Shown one piece after another: positions 1-9,887 of a stretch of 64,000 nt of DNA (positions are counted from its first letter, which is position 1; each line of letters begins with the position of its first letter). The stretch is from an uncultured Bacteroidales bacterium. Lineage in GTDB: Bacteria; Bacteroidota; Bacteroidia; Bacteroidales; Muribaculaceae. The position numbers and the translations under genes are program-made. The notes beneath the pieces are model-generated. The model worked only from the letters and a program-made list of their open reading frames with translations. It did no database searches and was not told the DNA's origin. The stretch is from the NCBI GenBank assembly GCA_902784675.1, contig CACZVR010000003.1, forward strand, positions 9,899 to 73,898. The letters are read 5' to 3'.

Positions 1-125
1 ATTACACAAATCCAAATGAATTTTTGCAGAAAAGTTTTTGTTTTTTTTCTCAAAAACACTACTTTTGCACCCACAAAAGACTGAAAAAACAATATTTATA
101 TAAACTATAGCACAAGATTTGACTT

Positions 126-689
126 ATGATTAATGCTCAAGACATTAAGAACGGAACGTGCATCCGCATGGACGGCGATCTGTATTTCTGCATTGAATTC
201 CTGCATGTAAAACCCGGTAAGGGTAATACTTTTATGCGCACTAAGCTGAAAAACGTGGTTGACGGCCGCGTGCTGGAGCGCCGTTTCAACATCGGTGAGA
301 AGCTTGAGGACGTGCGCGTGGAGCGTCGCCCCTATCAGTACCTCTACATGGACGGTAATGACGCCATGTTCATGAACAACGAGACTTTTGAGCAGATTCC
401 CATCGACAAGAACCTCATCACCGGTGCTGACTACATGAAGGAAGGTGACATCGTGGAGGTTGTCAGCGACGCCTCGACCGAGACCGTGCTGTTTGCCGAG
501 ATGCCCATCAAGACTCAGCTCAAGATTACTTACACCGAGCCCGGCGTGAAAGGCGACACTGCCACCAACACCCTGAAGCCCGCCACCGTTGAGACCGGTG
601 CCACCGTGCGTGTGCCCCTGTTCATCGACACCGACGAGATCATCGAGGTTGACACTCGTGACGGCAGCTACGTTGGCCGCGTGAGGTAA
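126..689 (+). CDS. efp: Elongation factor P
   Basis: HVKPGKG loop, [10 protein letters not shown] and VPLFI motifs; 187 aa. Confidence 0.98.
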   Translation: MINAQDIKNGTCIRMDGDLYFCIEFLHVKPGKGNTFMRTKLKNVVDGRVLERRFNIGEKLEDVRVERRPYQYLYMDGNDAMFMNNETFEQIPIDKNLITGADYMKEGDIVEVVSDASTETVLFAEMPIKTQLKITYTEPGVKGDTATNTLKPATVETGATVRVPLFIDTDEIIEVDTRDGSYVGRVR

Positions 690-708
690 TCAATTCACGA
701 TACCAAAG

Positions 709-746
709 AAAATGTCATCAAAGGATTTCCCCTTTGATGACATTTT
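709..746. terminator. Bidirectional intrinsic terminator between convergent genes
   Basis: 16-bp stem AAAATGTCATCAAAGG/CCTTTGATGACATTTT with A/T tails. Confidence 0.85.
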
Positions 747-769
747 TGTTTTCCGGCATAGGTCAGCGC

Positions 770-2065
770 CTATTTGCCTTTCAGGTACTGCCAGGACTTG
801 TATTGTGCCTTCTTGAGGCTGGCCTTGTCGTTGGGGTTGATGCCATATTTCTCGGGAGGTGGGATGACCACTCGGGTGCCCGGACGGATGTTGTTCGGGT
901 TGGAGATGATTGCCTTGTTCTCCTCGTAGATATAGACCCAGAACCAAGGGCTGCCGTAATGTTTCTCGGCCAGTGTGGTGAGCACGATTTGCGACGTCAC
1001 GATGTCGGTCACCTGTTTGTGTGCTGCTGCAGGTTTTTCGGCCGCTACCTTTTCGGCCACCTTTTCAGCTGGCGTTTCTGTGGTTTTCTCGGCGGGTTTC
1101 TCGGCAGGATTACTGGAGAGTGTCTTGGCAATTTTCTCGGCGCGCTTTTCTTGCTCGGACTTCTGCTCGACAGGCTTGTTCTCGGCCAACAGGATGCTGT
1201 CGTTGTCGCTGATGGTGTCAGCAGCCATGACAACATGTTCTTCTTCACCGCTGATGCCGTTCTTGCCGTTGGAGCTGAACCACCAAATCAGTGCACCCGC
1301 AACGAGCAGGCCCAGCACCGGAATCCACCACTTGGGGGTGGGTTTGCTGTTGATTTCTTCAATCTGCTCGGGAGTGGGGGAGTAGGCATTGCGCAATTCA
1401 GGCCGATAGAAACGTTGGTTGGATGTCTCCTCCTCGACAGGTTCGGGCTCTGGTACCGGCTGAGAAGGACCGTCGATGGGGATGCCGATGAGCATGGGTT
1501 TGCGTTCCACGGGATTGTGCTCAACCGACTTTGCCATAGCGGGCGCGACGTGCGGTTTCGGCTCAGGCTTGCTTTCAGGCACTGGCGTGGGCTTGGGCTT
1601 TTTTGTCTCGGGCTGAAGTGCTTGTTTGGGTGCCTCTTGTTCGACAACGGGTTTGGGCGCGGGTACAGATTCTTCGACTTGAGGTTGCTCCTCGTCGCTG
1701 TCGGTTGTTATGACCGATGACGGGAAACGTTTGTCGATCTCGGCAAGTTGCTCATCGGTTATCGAATCGTCTAGGATGATGGTCTTGAACTGTGCGAAAG
1801 GCTCGTTGAGCGCCTCGGCAAGGGCCTTGTCGGGAGTGAAGGTGATGCGCTTGTGCGCCCCTGATTTGTCGGCATCCTTGCGAGCAGCCGATTCAACAAC
1901 CTTGAATTCACCGATGCCCTTGACAGTCACCGGTCGGCCTTTGATCAATGTCTGTGAGATTGTGCTGAACAGTTCGCGCAGGAACAGCTCACACACGCGG
2001 TCGGTGGTCGATGTGGCCTCGGACAGCAGGTCGACAAGTTCGACAAATGTAATCTTGGTGTTCAT
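770..2065 (-). CDS. HU-domain / Pro-rich linker / TM / LysM-like protein
   Basis: N-terminal HU fold (VTVKGIGEFKV..ITFTPDKALAEALN), TM WWIPVLGLLVAGALIWWF, C-terminal LysM-like LAEKHYG..W..IYEENK..NPNNIRPG. Confidence 0.85.
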   Translation of the reverse strand: MNTKITFVELVDLLSEATSTTDRVCELFLRELFSTISQTLIKGRPVTVKGIGEFKVVESAARKDADKSGAHKRITFTPDKALAEALNEPFAQFKTIILDDSITDEQLAEIDKRFPSSVITTDSDEEQPQVEESVPAPKPVVEQEAPKQALQPETKKPKPTPVPESKPEPKPHVAPAMAKSVEHNPVERKPMLIGIPIDGPSQPVPEPEPVEEETSNQRFYRPELRNAYSPTPEQIEEINSKPTPKWWIPVLGLLVAGALIWWFSSNGKNGISGEEEHVVMAADTISDNDSILLAENKPVEQKSEQEKRAEKIAKTLSSNPAEKPAEKTTETPAEKVAEKVAAEKPAAAHKQVTDIVTSQIVLTTLAEKHYGSPWFWVYIYEENKAIISNPNNIRPGTRVVIPPPEKYGINPNDKASLKKAQYKSWQYLKGK

Positions 2066-2083
2066 AGTCGTGAGTTCCTCCTG

Positions 2084-2356
2084 TTATCTGAGTTTGTTCT
2101 TGAGCACATTGCTCACCTTGAAATTCAACACGATCTTGGGCGGTACAAGCATCCGTTTGCCATTGCGGGGATGCACCATCACGCGCTCATCGCGCTTTTT
2201 GGGCTCGAATGTGCCGAACGATGGCACAAAGACACTGTCCATCTCGCTGCACTTGGACCGCAGCACACCAGCCAGACCCTCAAGGAGTTTGCTCACATCC
2301 TCAGGCGTGCGTCCAATGTTCTGTGCCACGGTTTCTACCAGTTTCTTATTGTTCAT
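2084..2356 (-). CDS. HU family DNA-binding protein
   Basis: 90 aa, FGTFE..R.ER...HPRNGKRM.VP.K..L.FK arm motif. Confidence 0.9.
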   Translation of the reverse strand: MNNKKLVETVAQNIGRTPEDVSKLLEGLAGVLRSKCSEMDSVFVPSFGTFEPKKRDERVMVHPRNGKRMLVPPKIVLNFKVSNVLKNKLR

Positions 2357-2463
2357 TGAGTTATGATTCTTTTATTTGTTCTGCAAAATTAAAGATATTT
2401 TTTGTCATTAGATAATTTTCGTTTAATTTTGTCCAGTGATTTAACCAATTAATACCGATTATT

Positions 2464-3429
2464 ATGAGAAAAATCGTGATTCTTGACGGATATGCCGGCA
2501 ACCCCGGAGACCTCTCTTGGGAACCGATGCGTGCCCTTGCACCCTGTGACATCTATGACTTTGGCACCGCCGACACCGTGGTTGAGCGTTGCCGTGACGC
2601 CGAGATGGTGTTGACCAACAAGGTCCCCATCACTGCCGAGGCCATCGCCCAGTTGCCCGAGCTCAAGTACATCGGCGTGATGGCGACAGGCTTTAACGTT
2701 GCCGACGTCGCCGAGGCTACCCGTCGCGGCATCGTCGTGACCAACGTGCCGGCCTACAGCACCGACAGCGTCGCCCAACTCACCATTGCCCACTTGTTGA
2801 ACATCTGCTGGCAGCCCCAGCACTACACCGACGAGGCCCGAGACCTGAAGTGGACCAACTGTGGCAGTTATGCCTATTTCAACACCCGCCTCATCGAGCT
2901 GGCCGGCAAGCAGTTGGGCGTTGTGGGCATGGGTAACATCGGCAGTGCTGTGGCGCGCATTGCCCAGGCGATGAACATGCGTGTGATGGCCTTGACCAGC
3001 AAGAGTCCCGACCAGTTGCCCGCAGGCGTCATCAAGGCCGACAACATCGAGCACCTGCTGCGCACCAGTGACGTGCTGACCCTTCATTGCCCGCTCAACG
3101 CCGACACGACAGGCATGATCAACGCCGAGCGCCTGGCCATGATGAAGCAGGGATCCATCGTGCTCAACCTGGCACGTGGTGCCCTCATCGTGGAACAAGA
3201 TCTGGCCGATGCTTTGAACAGCGGACACTTGTACGCCGCCGCCATCGACTGCACCGCGGTCGAGCCGCCTGCTGCCGACCACCCGTTGCTCACGGCCCGC
3301 AACTGCTATATCACGCCTCACATCGGTTGGACCAGCTATGAGGCCCGTGTGCGCCTGATGGATGTCATCACCAGCAATGTCGCTGCCTATCTTGACGGCA
3401 AACCCGTGAACGTTGTCAACAACAAGTAA
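2464..3429 (+). CDS. D-2-hydroxyacid dehydrogenase (glycerate dehydrogenase/HprA-like)
   Basis: GVVGMGNIG NAD motif, LHCPL, NLARG, TPHIGW. Confidence 0.92.
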   Translation: MRKIVILDGYAGNPGDLSWEPMRALAPCDIYDFGTADTVVERCRDAEMVLTNKVPITAEAIAQLPELKYIGVMATGFNVADVAEATRRGIVVTNVPAYSTDSVAQLTIAHLLNICWQPQHYTDEARDLKWTNCGSYAYFNTRLIELAGKQLGVVGMGNIGSAVARIAQAMNMRVMALTSKSPDQLPAGVIKADNIEHLLRTSDVLTLHCPLNADTTGMINAERLAMMKQGSIVLNLARGALIVEQDLADALNSGHLYAAAIDCTAVEPPAADHPLLTARNCYITPHIGWTSYEARVRLMDVITSNVAAYLDGKPVNVVNNK

Positions 3430-3441
3430 TATCATCCAGTC

Positions 3442-3801
3442 ATGAACGAACAAGAGAAGATTAACGAGGCCCTGGCATGGGCCGAGGGCACGCACTGTGC
3501 CATCACCGTGTGTGACCTGGAAGGCAAGGTGATCTTCATGAACGAGCGCTCAAGGGCCACTTTTGACAAGGACGGCAAGACGATGCTCGGCAAGAACCTG
3601 ATGCCTTGCCACAGCGAGAAATCGCAGGAGAAAATCCGCCACATGATTGCCACCGACACCGTCAACTGCTACACCATCGACAAGCAGGGTGTGAAAAAGA
3701 TGATTTATCAGACCCCGTGGCGCGACAGCGACGGCAAGGTGTGTGGAATGGTGGAGATCTCGATGGTCATCCCCGCCGAGATGCCACACTATGTGCGCTG
3801 A
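3442..3801 (+). CDS. Stand-alone PAS-domain protein
   Basis: ITVCDLEGKVIFMN, GKNL..CH; 119 aa. Confidence 0.8.
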   Translation: MNEQEKINEALAWAEGTHCAITVCDLEGKVIFMNERSRATFDKDGKTMLGKNLMPCHSEKSQEKIRHMIATDTVNCYTIDKQGVKKMIYQTPWRDSDGKVCGMVEISMVIPAEMPHYVR

Positions 3802-3946
3802 TGCAGGGTGGGGTGGAGCCCATGGTGCATGAGCCTGCTATTTAGTTTTTTTACGACAATAGTTTGCGGCATTTCACCAAAAACTTTGTATCTTCGCATT
3901 TCAATAGCGACTGAAATTTAAGCAACCATTAATTGGCGAAACAAAC

Positions 3947-4828
3947 ATGAAAGGAATAGTACTGGCAGGAGGGTCCGGGACACGTCTTTACCCGGTGACC
4001 AAGGGAATCTCCAAGCAACTCATACCCATCTATGACAAACCGATGGTCTATTATCCCATCTCGGTGCTGATGCTTGCCGGCATCCGCGAGATTTTGATTA
4101 TCTCGACCCCTCAGGACCTGCCCATGTTCCGCAGGCTCTTGGGAACTGGCGAGGATATCGGCGTGCGCTTTGAGTATGCCGAGCAGCCTCGTCCCGAGGG
4201 ACTGGCCCAGGCGTTCATCATCGGTGAGGAGTTCGTCGGCAAGGACAGTGTGTGCCTCGTGCTGGGCGATAACATCTTCTACGGCCAGAGTTTCACACGC
4301 ATGCTCATGGACGCTGTCGAGCGCACCGAGCGTGAGAATGTGTGCACCCTGTGGGCCTATCGTGTGAAAGACCCCGAGCGCTTCGGCGTGGTGGCCTTTG
4401 ACGAGCATGGCAATGCGACCGACCTGGAGGAGAAACCCGCCCATCCCAAGAGCAACTATGCCGTGACGGGCCTCTATTTCTACCCCAATGACGTGGTGGA
4501 GATTGCCAAGCACATCAAGCCCAGTGCCCGCGGCGAATTGGAGATTACCACAGTGAATCAGGAGTTCCTGGCCCAAAACCGTGTGCATGTCCAGACGCTG
4601 GGCCGTGGTTTCGCATGGTTGGACACCGGCACAAGCGAGTCGATGGCCGATGCCTCTAACTTCATCGGCACCATCGTGACCATGCAGGGCGTGCAGGTCG
4701 CTGCGCTCGAGGAAATCGCCTTCCGCAAGGGATGGATTGATGCCGAGCAGTTGCGGGCACTTGCCGAGCCCATGAAGAAGAACAACTACGGAGAATATCT
4801 CCTTAAACTGGCCAAGAATGGAATCTGA
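3947..4828 (+). CDS. rfbA: Glucose-1-phosphate thymidylyltransferase
   Basis: [31 protein letters not shown]. Confidence 0.97.
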   Translation: MKGIVLAGGSGTRLYPVTKGISKQLIPIYDKPMVYYPISVLMLAGIREILIISTPQDLPMFRRLLGTGEDIGVRFEYAEQPRPEGLAQAFIIGEEFVGKDSVCLVLGDNIFYGQSFTRMLMDAVERTERENVCTLWAYRVKDPERFGVVAFDEHGNATDLEEKPAHPKSNYAVTGLYFYPNDVVEIAKHIKPSARGELEITTVNQEFLAQNRVHVQTLGRGFAWLDTGTSESMADASNFIGTIVTMQGVQVAALEEIAFRKGWIDAEQLRALAEPMKKNNYGEYLLKLAKNGI

Positions 4829-5234
4829 CGTCAACAACGCGCCCCGCCTGATCGAGTTGCCCAAAATCAAAGACCCACGTGGCAATTTGACCGTCATCGA
4901 GAGTGGCATGAATGTGCCGTTCGAGGTGAAGCGCAACTACTGGATATATGACGTGCCCAGTGGCATGTGGCGCGACGGCCATGCCTTCAAGACGCAGGAG
5001 GAGCTCATCGTGTCGTTGAGCGGCAGTTTTGACGTCGTGGTCAATGACGGCACCGGCGAAAAGACTTTCCATTTGGCGCGTCCGCAAATCGGGCTGTATG
5101 TGCCCCCGATGACTTGGCGTCACCTGGACAATTTCTCGACCAACTCGGTGGCCCTGGTGCTCTCGAGCACACACTATGACGCCGATGACTATATTGAGGA
5201 TTTTGAACTTTTCAAGTCATTAAAGCATGGATAA
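4818..5234 (+). CDS. FdtA/QdtA-family dTDP-sugar 3,4-ketoisomerase (cupin)
   Basis: DPRGNL, R.YWIYDVP, R.GHA, GSF.V. Confidence 0.88.
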   Translation: MESDVNNAPRLIELPKIKDPRGNLTVIESGMNVPFEVKRNYWIYDVPSGMWRDGHAFKTQEELIVSLSGSFDVVVNDGTGEKTFHLARPQIGLYVPPMTWRHLDNFSTNSVALVLSSTHYDADDYIEDFELFKSLKHG

Positions 5235-5688
5235 AACCGCTAAACCTGAGATGATTGACAATCACCGTCGGGCTCGGATCAACGACTGCCGCATCATCAG
5301 CCTGAACCGCAACCATCACGCCAACGGCAACCTGACTGCCGTGAACAACGGTGATGAGCTGCCGTTTGATGTATTGCGCACGTTCTATATCTATGATGTG
5401 CCTGGTGGTGCCGAACGAGGCGGACACAGCCATCACATGAGCCAACAGTTCATCATCGCCATCAGCGGCAGTTTTGACGTGACCGTTGATGACGGCCAGG
5501 ACCAGTTCACCTACACCCTCAACCGACCTTATCAAGGACTGTTGGTCGTGCCGGGCATCTGGAACCGATTGCACAATTTCTCGTCAGGGTCGGTGTGCCT
5601 GGTGCTGAATTCCCACCACTTTGACGAGGCCGATTATGTCAGGGACTATAACAAGTTCCTGGAACTGAAACGTGAATCATTAGAATAA
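5227..5688 (+). CDS. FdtA/QdtA-family dTDP-sugar 3,4-ketoisomerase (cupin)
   Basis: FYIYDVPGGAERGGHSH, GIW..L.NFS.GSVCLVL. Confidence 0.9.
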   Translation: MDKTAKPEMIDNHRRARINDCRIISLNRNHHANGNLTAVNNGDELPFDVLRTFYIYDVPGGAERGGHSHHMSQQFIIAISGSFDVTVDDGQDQFTYTLNRPYQGLLVVPGIWNRLHNFSSGSVCLVLNSHHFDEADYVRDYNKFLELKRESLE

Positions 5689-5699
5689 TAGACCCGACG

Positions 5700-6824
5700 A
5701 TGAGACTGAAGTATCCATTTCTCGATTTGGCGCTTGCCCATGCGCACTATATGGACCAACTCAAGGCTGCGGCATGCGAGGTGATAGAACGAGGCCGCTA
5801 TCTGCATGGCCCGCATACCGAACTGCTGGAGCAGGAAATCGCGCAATTGTGCCAGACAAAGCACTGCGTGAGCGTGAGCAACGGCCTTGACGCCCTGCGT
5901 CTCATTCTACGGGCCTACAAGGAGATGGGGCGGCTGCATGACGGTGACGAGGTCATCGTGCCCGCCAACACCTATGTGGCCAGCGTGCTTGCCGTGAGCG
6001 ACTGCGGACTGGTGCCCGTGTTGTGTGAGCCTCGCGAGGATACCTTGAACCTGGATTCACGATTGCTTGAAGAACTGATCACGCCACGCACCCGTGCGGT
6101 GATGCCTGTTCACCTGTATGGCACGCCCTGCTGGGACGAAACGCTGATGCGTGTGGCTCGTGAACATGACTTGCTCATCGTCGAGGACAATGCTCAAGCC
6201 ATCGGCGCAAAAAGCGCTGTTGCCGGTTTGAACGGCACCGTTGTCACCGGTGGACTGGGGCATGCCGCCGGCATCAGTTTCTATCCTACAAAGAATCTGG
6301 GTGCCCTGGGTGACGCTGGTGCTGTGGTGACCAACGACGACGAGTTGGCAGCCACGGTGTCGGCCCTTGCCAATTACGGTTCGGACCGCCGCTACCACAA
6401 CATCTATCAAGGCTATAATTGCCGTCTGGACGAGATTCAGGCCGCTATGTTGCGCGTGAAGTTGCTCCACTTGGAGGAAGAGAACAACGTTCGCAACAGT
6501 GTTGCTCAAGCCTATAGCATCACTATCACCAATCCCAAGGTGAAGACCCCCGATTTCATCGAGGGGACCAAGCAGATTTGGCATCAGTATATTGTGCGTG
6601 TCGAGCAGCGGGATGAATTCCGCAACTATCTCACCGAGCATGGTGTGGGGTCAGACATCCACTATGCCACTCCTCCGCACCGTCAACCTTGCTATCAAGG
6701 CATTTTGCAAGGGGCATATCCCATCACCGAGCGTCTTGCCGATGAGGTGGTGTCGCTGCCCATTGCACCCCCGATCACGCCCGCCGATGCCTGTGCCATT
6801 GCTGAAATCATCAACCGATTCTGA
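5700..6824 (+). CDS. DegT/DnrJ/EryC1/StrS aminotransferase (FdtB-like)
   Basis: VEDNAQAIGA, SFYPTKNLGALGDAG PLP-lysine motif. Confidence 0.93.
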   Translation: MRLKYPFLDLALAHAHYMDQLKAAACEVIERGRYLHGPHTELLEQEIAQLCQTKHCVSVSNGLDALRLILRAYKEMGRLHDGDEVIVPANTYVASVLAVSDCGLVPVLCEPREDTLNLDSRLLEELITPRTRAVMPVHLYGTPCWDETLMRVAREHDLLIVEDNAQAIGAKSAVAGLNGTVVTGGLGHAAGISFYPTKNLGALGDAGAVVTNDDELAATVSALANYGSDRRYHNIYQGYNCRLDEIQAAMLRVKLLHLEEENNVRNSVAQAYSITITNPKVKTPDFIEGTKQIWHQYIVRVEQRDEFRNYLTEHGVGSDIHYATPPHRQPCYQGILQGAYPITERLADEVVSLPIAPPITPADACAIAEIINRF

Positions 6825-6854
6825 TCTTCTCTCATTGCAGTGGACTCACGTGGC

Positions 6855-7907
6855 ATGAAACGGTTTGTCCTGCGGTCGCTGGTGGCGCTGCTGCCCGTGT
6901 TGTTGCTGGTAGCACTCTATGTAATCAAGGATCCGTTCCATGTTTTGCGACCTGGTGATGTCGCAGCTACACCTGTCGATACGGTGGCGCTGACGGTCAA
7001 TACGGGTTATCAGTCGGTTGAGACGTTTAAGCGTCACAATGCCGAGCTGCATTACGACTCGTTTATCTTCGGCTCCTCGTTGTCGGGGTATTACAGGGTG
7101 GGGGACTGGAAGAAGCATCTGCCCGAGGATGCAAGTCCCATCCACTTCAACGCATCGCGCGAGACCTTGCAAGGCATCCTCAACAAACTCCATTTCCTTG
7201 CATCCCGAGGCGTGCAGGTCGCCCATGCGCTCATCGTGATGGAGGATGAGATGCTGCAACGCAAGCCGTTGGACAGTGATGTGCTTTACGTCCAGCATCC
7301 GCAGACCACGCCCAAGGTCTCATGGTGGGAATTTCATCAGCTCTATTTCAACGCATTCCGTCATCCCGAGCTGGTGGCGTTCACGCTTTGGCCGTCACAG
7401 GCGACAGCACGTCTGGTCCTGGAGCGCGGCTATGCCACGACCGACATCCCTGACCGCATCGAGCCCGTCAATGAGAGCTACTACGCCTGGGCCGACTCCT
7501 TGATCAGCGTTGATGCCGGTGCGTTTTATACATCTGCTCATCTGGCCAAGTATTCCCATCCCTTGCGCAAGCAGCCGTGCACCGACAAGGTGACTCCTGC
7601 GGTAGAAGACTTGCTGAGACAGATTGCTCAGGCGTTAAAGGAGCAGGGAACCGATTATCAGATTATCATTCCGCCGCACTATGCGACCGAGGCCATCTCC
7701 AGTTCAGACTTGTTCGCGCTGGAATCCATCTTCGGGAACGAGCGTGTGCACGACTACAGTCACGACCCGGTGATGGGTAGCGACTTGCACTATTACTATG
7801 ATGACGGGCATTTGATTGCCAGCGTGTGTGCTCAACTCATGGACAGCGCCTATGCCGCTGTGACCTTGCCGTCGCCCTACCTGCGTGCGACGGTCGATAA
7901 CCGTTGA
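6855..7907 (+). CDS. Membrane-anchored hypothetical protein, SGNH-like
   Basis: N-terminal TM, FIFGSS and YYDDGHL resembling SGNH Ser and DxxH motifs; ATG at 6855. Confidence 0.6.
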   Translation: MKRFVLRSLVALLPVLLLVALYVIKDPFHVLRPGDVAATPVDTVALTVNTGYQSVETFKRHNAELHYDSFIFGSSLSGYYRVGDWKKHLPEDASPIHFNASRETLQGILNKLHFLASRGVQVAHALIVMEDEMLQRKPLDSDVLYVQHPQTTPKVSWWEFHQLYFNAFRHPELVAFTLWPSQATARLVLERGYATTDIPDRIEPVNESYYAWADSLISVDAGAFYTSAHLAKYSHPLRKQPCTDKVTPAVEDLLRQIAQALKEQGTDYQIIIPPHYATEAISSSDLFALESIFGNERVHDYSHDPVMGSDLHYYYDDGHLIASVCAQLMDSAYAAVTLPSPYLRATVDNR

Positions 7908-7916
7908 AAATGATTT

Positions 7917-8411
7917 TTAGAGTTTGCGCAAAATCCAGGCCAGAGGCTCCAGGATTTTGAGGCACACCTTTGTGTCTTTTTCTTTTATGAAAGCCGCTGC
8001 GTCTCCCGAATTGTCAAAGCCTTGTGCCACGACAAAGTACTTCTTGTCGGGTCCGCCAAAGAGGACGTAGCTGCCCTGCAGACCGCACTCCTCGCGCAGG
8101 CGGTCACAGTAACTCTTGGCGTTGATGCGCTGCGAGAAGGTGGCGACAATGACGTTATAATCTTGAGCGGTTTGGGTCGAGTCGACGGTGTTGACATTGA
8201 GATAGACCATGCGCACGCTGTCACCGTTGATGACGTGTGTATAGCGCTGCCGTTCGGCCTCGATCTTGGCGTAGGTCTCGGCGCCGATGCCGGTCTTTCG
8301 CGCTTCGACGGCTTTCTCGTATGCCTCGCGGTAGTTCTTCTCGCTGCTGTGGCAAGCGGTCATCATCACTGCTGCCACCATCATTGTCATGATATATAAT
8401 GCCTTCTTCAT
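7917..8411 (-). CDS. SPOR-domain lipoprotein
   Basis: Lipobox MTAC; YNVIVATFS...NA SPOR-like pattern; ends AWIL. Confidence 0.75.
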   Translation of the reverse strand: MKKALYIMTMMVAAVMMTACHSSEKNYREAYEKAVEARKTGIGAETYAKIEAERQRYTHVINGDSVRMVYLNVNTVDSTQTAQDYNVIVATFSQRINAKSYCDRLREECGLQGSYVLFGGPDKKYFVVAQGFDNSGDAAAFIKEKDTKVCLKILEPLAWILRKL

Positions 8412-8426
8412 GATTACTTTTAGTTG

Positions 8427-8478
8427 CTAAAACCTAAGACCTAAAACCTAAAGCCTAATACCTAATGCCTAAACCCTA
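8427..8478. repeat. Heptamer tandem repeat (nnCCTAA)n
   Basis: About 7 degenerate copies of CCTAA at 7-nt period, ending at the stop codon of the phosphoesterase gene. Confidence 0.85.
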
Positions 8479-8970
8479 TTTCGCCAACTCGATGACCTGA
8501 GCGTGCGTGATATTGCCATGGTCCAGGGTGAGCGTGATGAGGGTGCGCACCACTTGCCAGCCCTGCACGCCTGCAGCACCGGGATTGACCACCAAGCAAC
8601 CCAGCGCACGGTCGGGCATCACCTTGAGGATGTGGCTGTGGCCACACACAAACAGTTTGGGCTGCGACAGTTGCAGACGTTGTCTGATGCCCGGTGCATA
8701 CTTGCCCGGGTAGCCTCCGATGTGGGTCATGACCACCTTGACGCCCTCGACCTCAAAGATTTCCATCTCCTTGAAACGGCGACGCAGGCTCGCCCCGTCC
8801 ACGTTGCCGCACACGGCGCGAAACACGGGCGCGATGGCCTCCAGGCGGTCGGCGATGTCATCGCTGCCGATGTCGCCGGCATGCCAGATCTCGTCGCAGT
8901 CGGCAAAGTGCTGTGTGTAGCGGTCGTCCCACCAAGCATGCGTGTCACTGATGATGCCGATTTTCTTCAT
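8476..8970 (-). CDS. YfcE-family metallophosphoesterase
   Basis: ISDTH, HAGDIG, GNVD, THIG, GHSH, NPGA. Confidence 0.92.
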   Translation of the reverse strand: MKKIGIISDTHAWWDDRYTQHFADCDEIWHAGDIGSDDIADRLEAIAPVFRAVCGNVDGASLRRRFKEMEIFEVEGVKVVMTHIGGYPGKYAPGIRQRLQLSQPKLFVCGHSHILKVMPDRALGCLVVNPGAAGVQGWQVVRTLITLTLDHGNITHAQVIELAK

Positions 8971-8976
8971 CTCACT

Positions 8977-9027
8977 CTAAAGAGTTAAAAGACTTTAAGG
9001 TCCTTAAGGACTTTAAGGACTTTAAGG
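8977..9027. repeat. Nonamer tandem repeat (GACTTTAAG)n
   Basis: gactttaag gtccttaag gactttaag gactttaag directly after the ribE stop. Confidence 0.85.
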
Positions 9028-9636
9028 TCACAAGGCGAATTCCATCAAGCGGGCCAGGTACTTGCCGATGATGTCAAACTCCAGGTTCACCACGGTGCCC
9101 ACCTCGATGCAATGGAAGTTGGTGATCTCGCGGGTGTAAGGGATGATGGCGACCTGGAAACTGTCGCGTTCGCTGTTGCACACCGTGAGCGACACGCCGT
9201 TGACGGTGACACTGCCTTTCTCGACGGTGACATAGCCCTTGCGTGCCATCTCGGGCGCCACCTCATACTTGAATGTGAAGTAGTGGCTGCCGTCCACCTC
9301 CTTGACGTCGGTGCAGACGGCCGTTTGGTCCACATGGCCCTGGACGATGTGTCCATCCAGGCGTCCCTCGATGAGCATCGAACGTTCCACATTCACCTCG
9401 TCGCCCACCTTGAGCAGGCCCAGGTTGCTGCGGTCCAGCGTCTCCTGGATGGCGGTCACGGTGTAGGTGCCGTCGCCAGGTAGTTCCACCACCGTGAGGC
9501 ACACGCCGTTGTGCGACACGCTCTGGTCAATCTTCAACTCATCGGTGAAACTGCACTTGAGCGTGATGTGCAGGTTACCGCCGTCTTTACGCAATGCGAC
9601 GACGCGCGCCGCTTCTTCTACGATTCCTGAAAACAT
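9028..9636 (-). CDS. ribE: Riboflavin synthase
   Basis: MFSGIVE start, NGVCLTV, GHIVQGHVD, NGVSLTV. Confidence 0.97.
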   Translation of the reverse strand: MFSGIVEEAARVVALRKDGGNLHITLKCSFTDELKIDQSVSHNGVCLTVVELPGDGTYTVTAIQETLDRSNLGLLKVGDEVNVERSMLIEGRLDGHIVQGHVDQTAVCTDVKEVDGSHYFTFKYEVAPEMARKGYVTVEKGSVTVNGVSLTVCNSERDSFQVAIIPYTREITNFHCIEVGTVVNLEFDIIGKYLARLMEFAL

Positions 9637-9887
9637 AGTATATCTGTTGTGTTGTTTGTTGTTTCGTTTTGTCTAATAATTTGACAATGATATAGTTGCT
9701 GGTCCAACCCCTGCGGGGCTAATGCTAATTACACGAATTCAACCAATTTAATGCGAATTCATAAATTCTTTCGTGCAATTGGCTTCGCCGAGCTAAAGGT
9801 TCGCTTATTTAGCGAAATTGGCATTAAAAAAAACTTTCAGGGTCAACTCCTATATCGTTCCCAATAATTAACGCAGTGCGTTTGCCT

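Noticed and set aside
9640-9880. FMN riboswitch upstream of ribE
   Set aside because: No AGGGC/GAAAUUCCC.ACCG core on the minus strand; the region is repeat-derived
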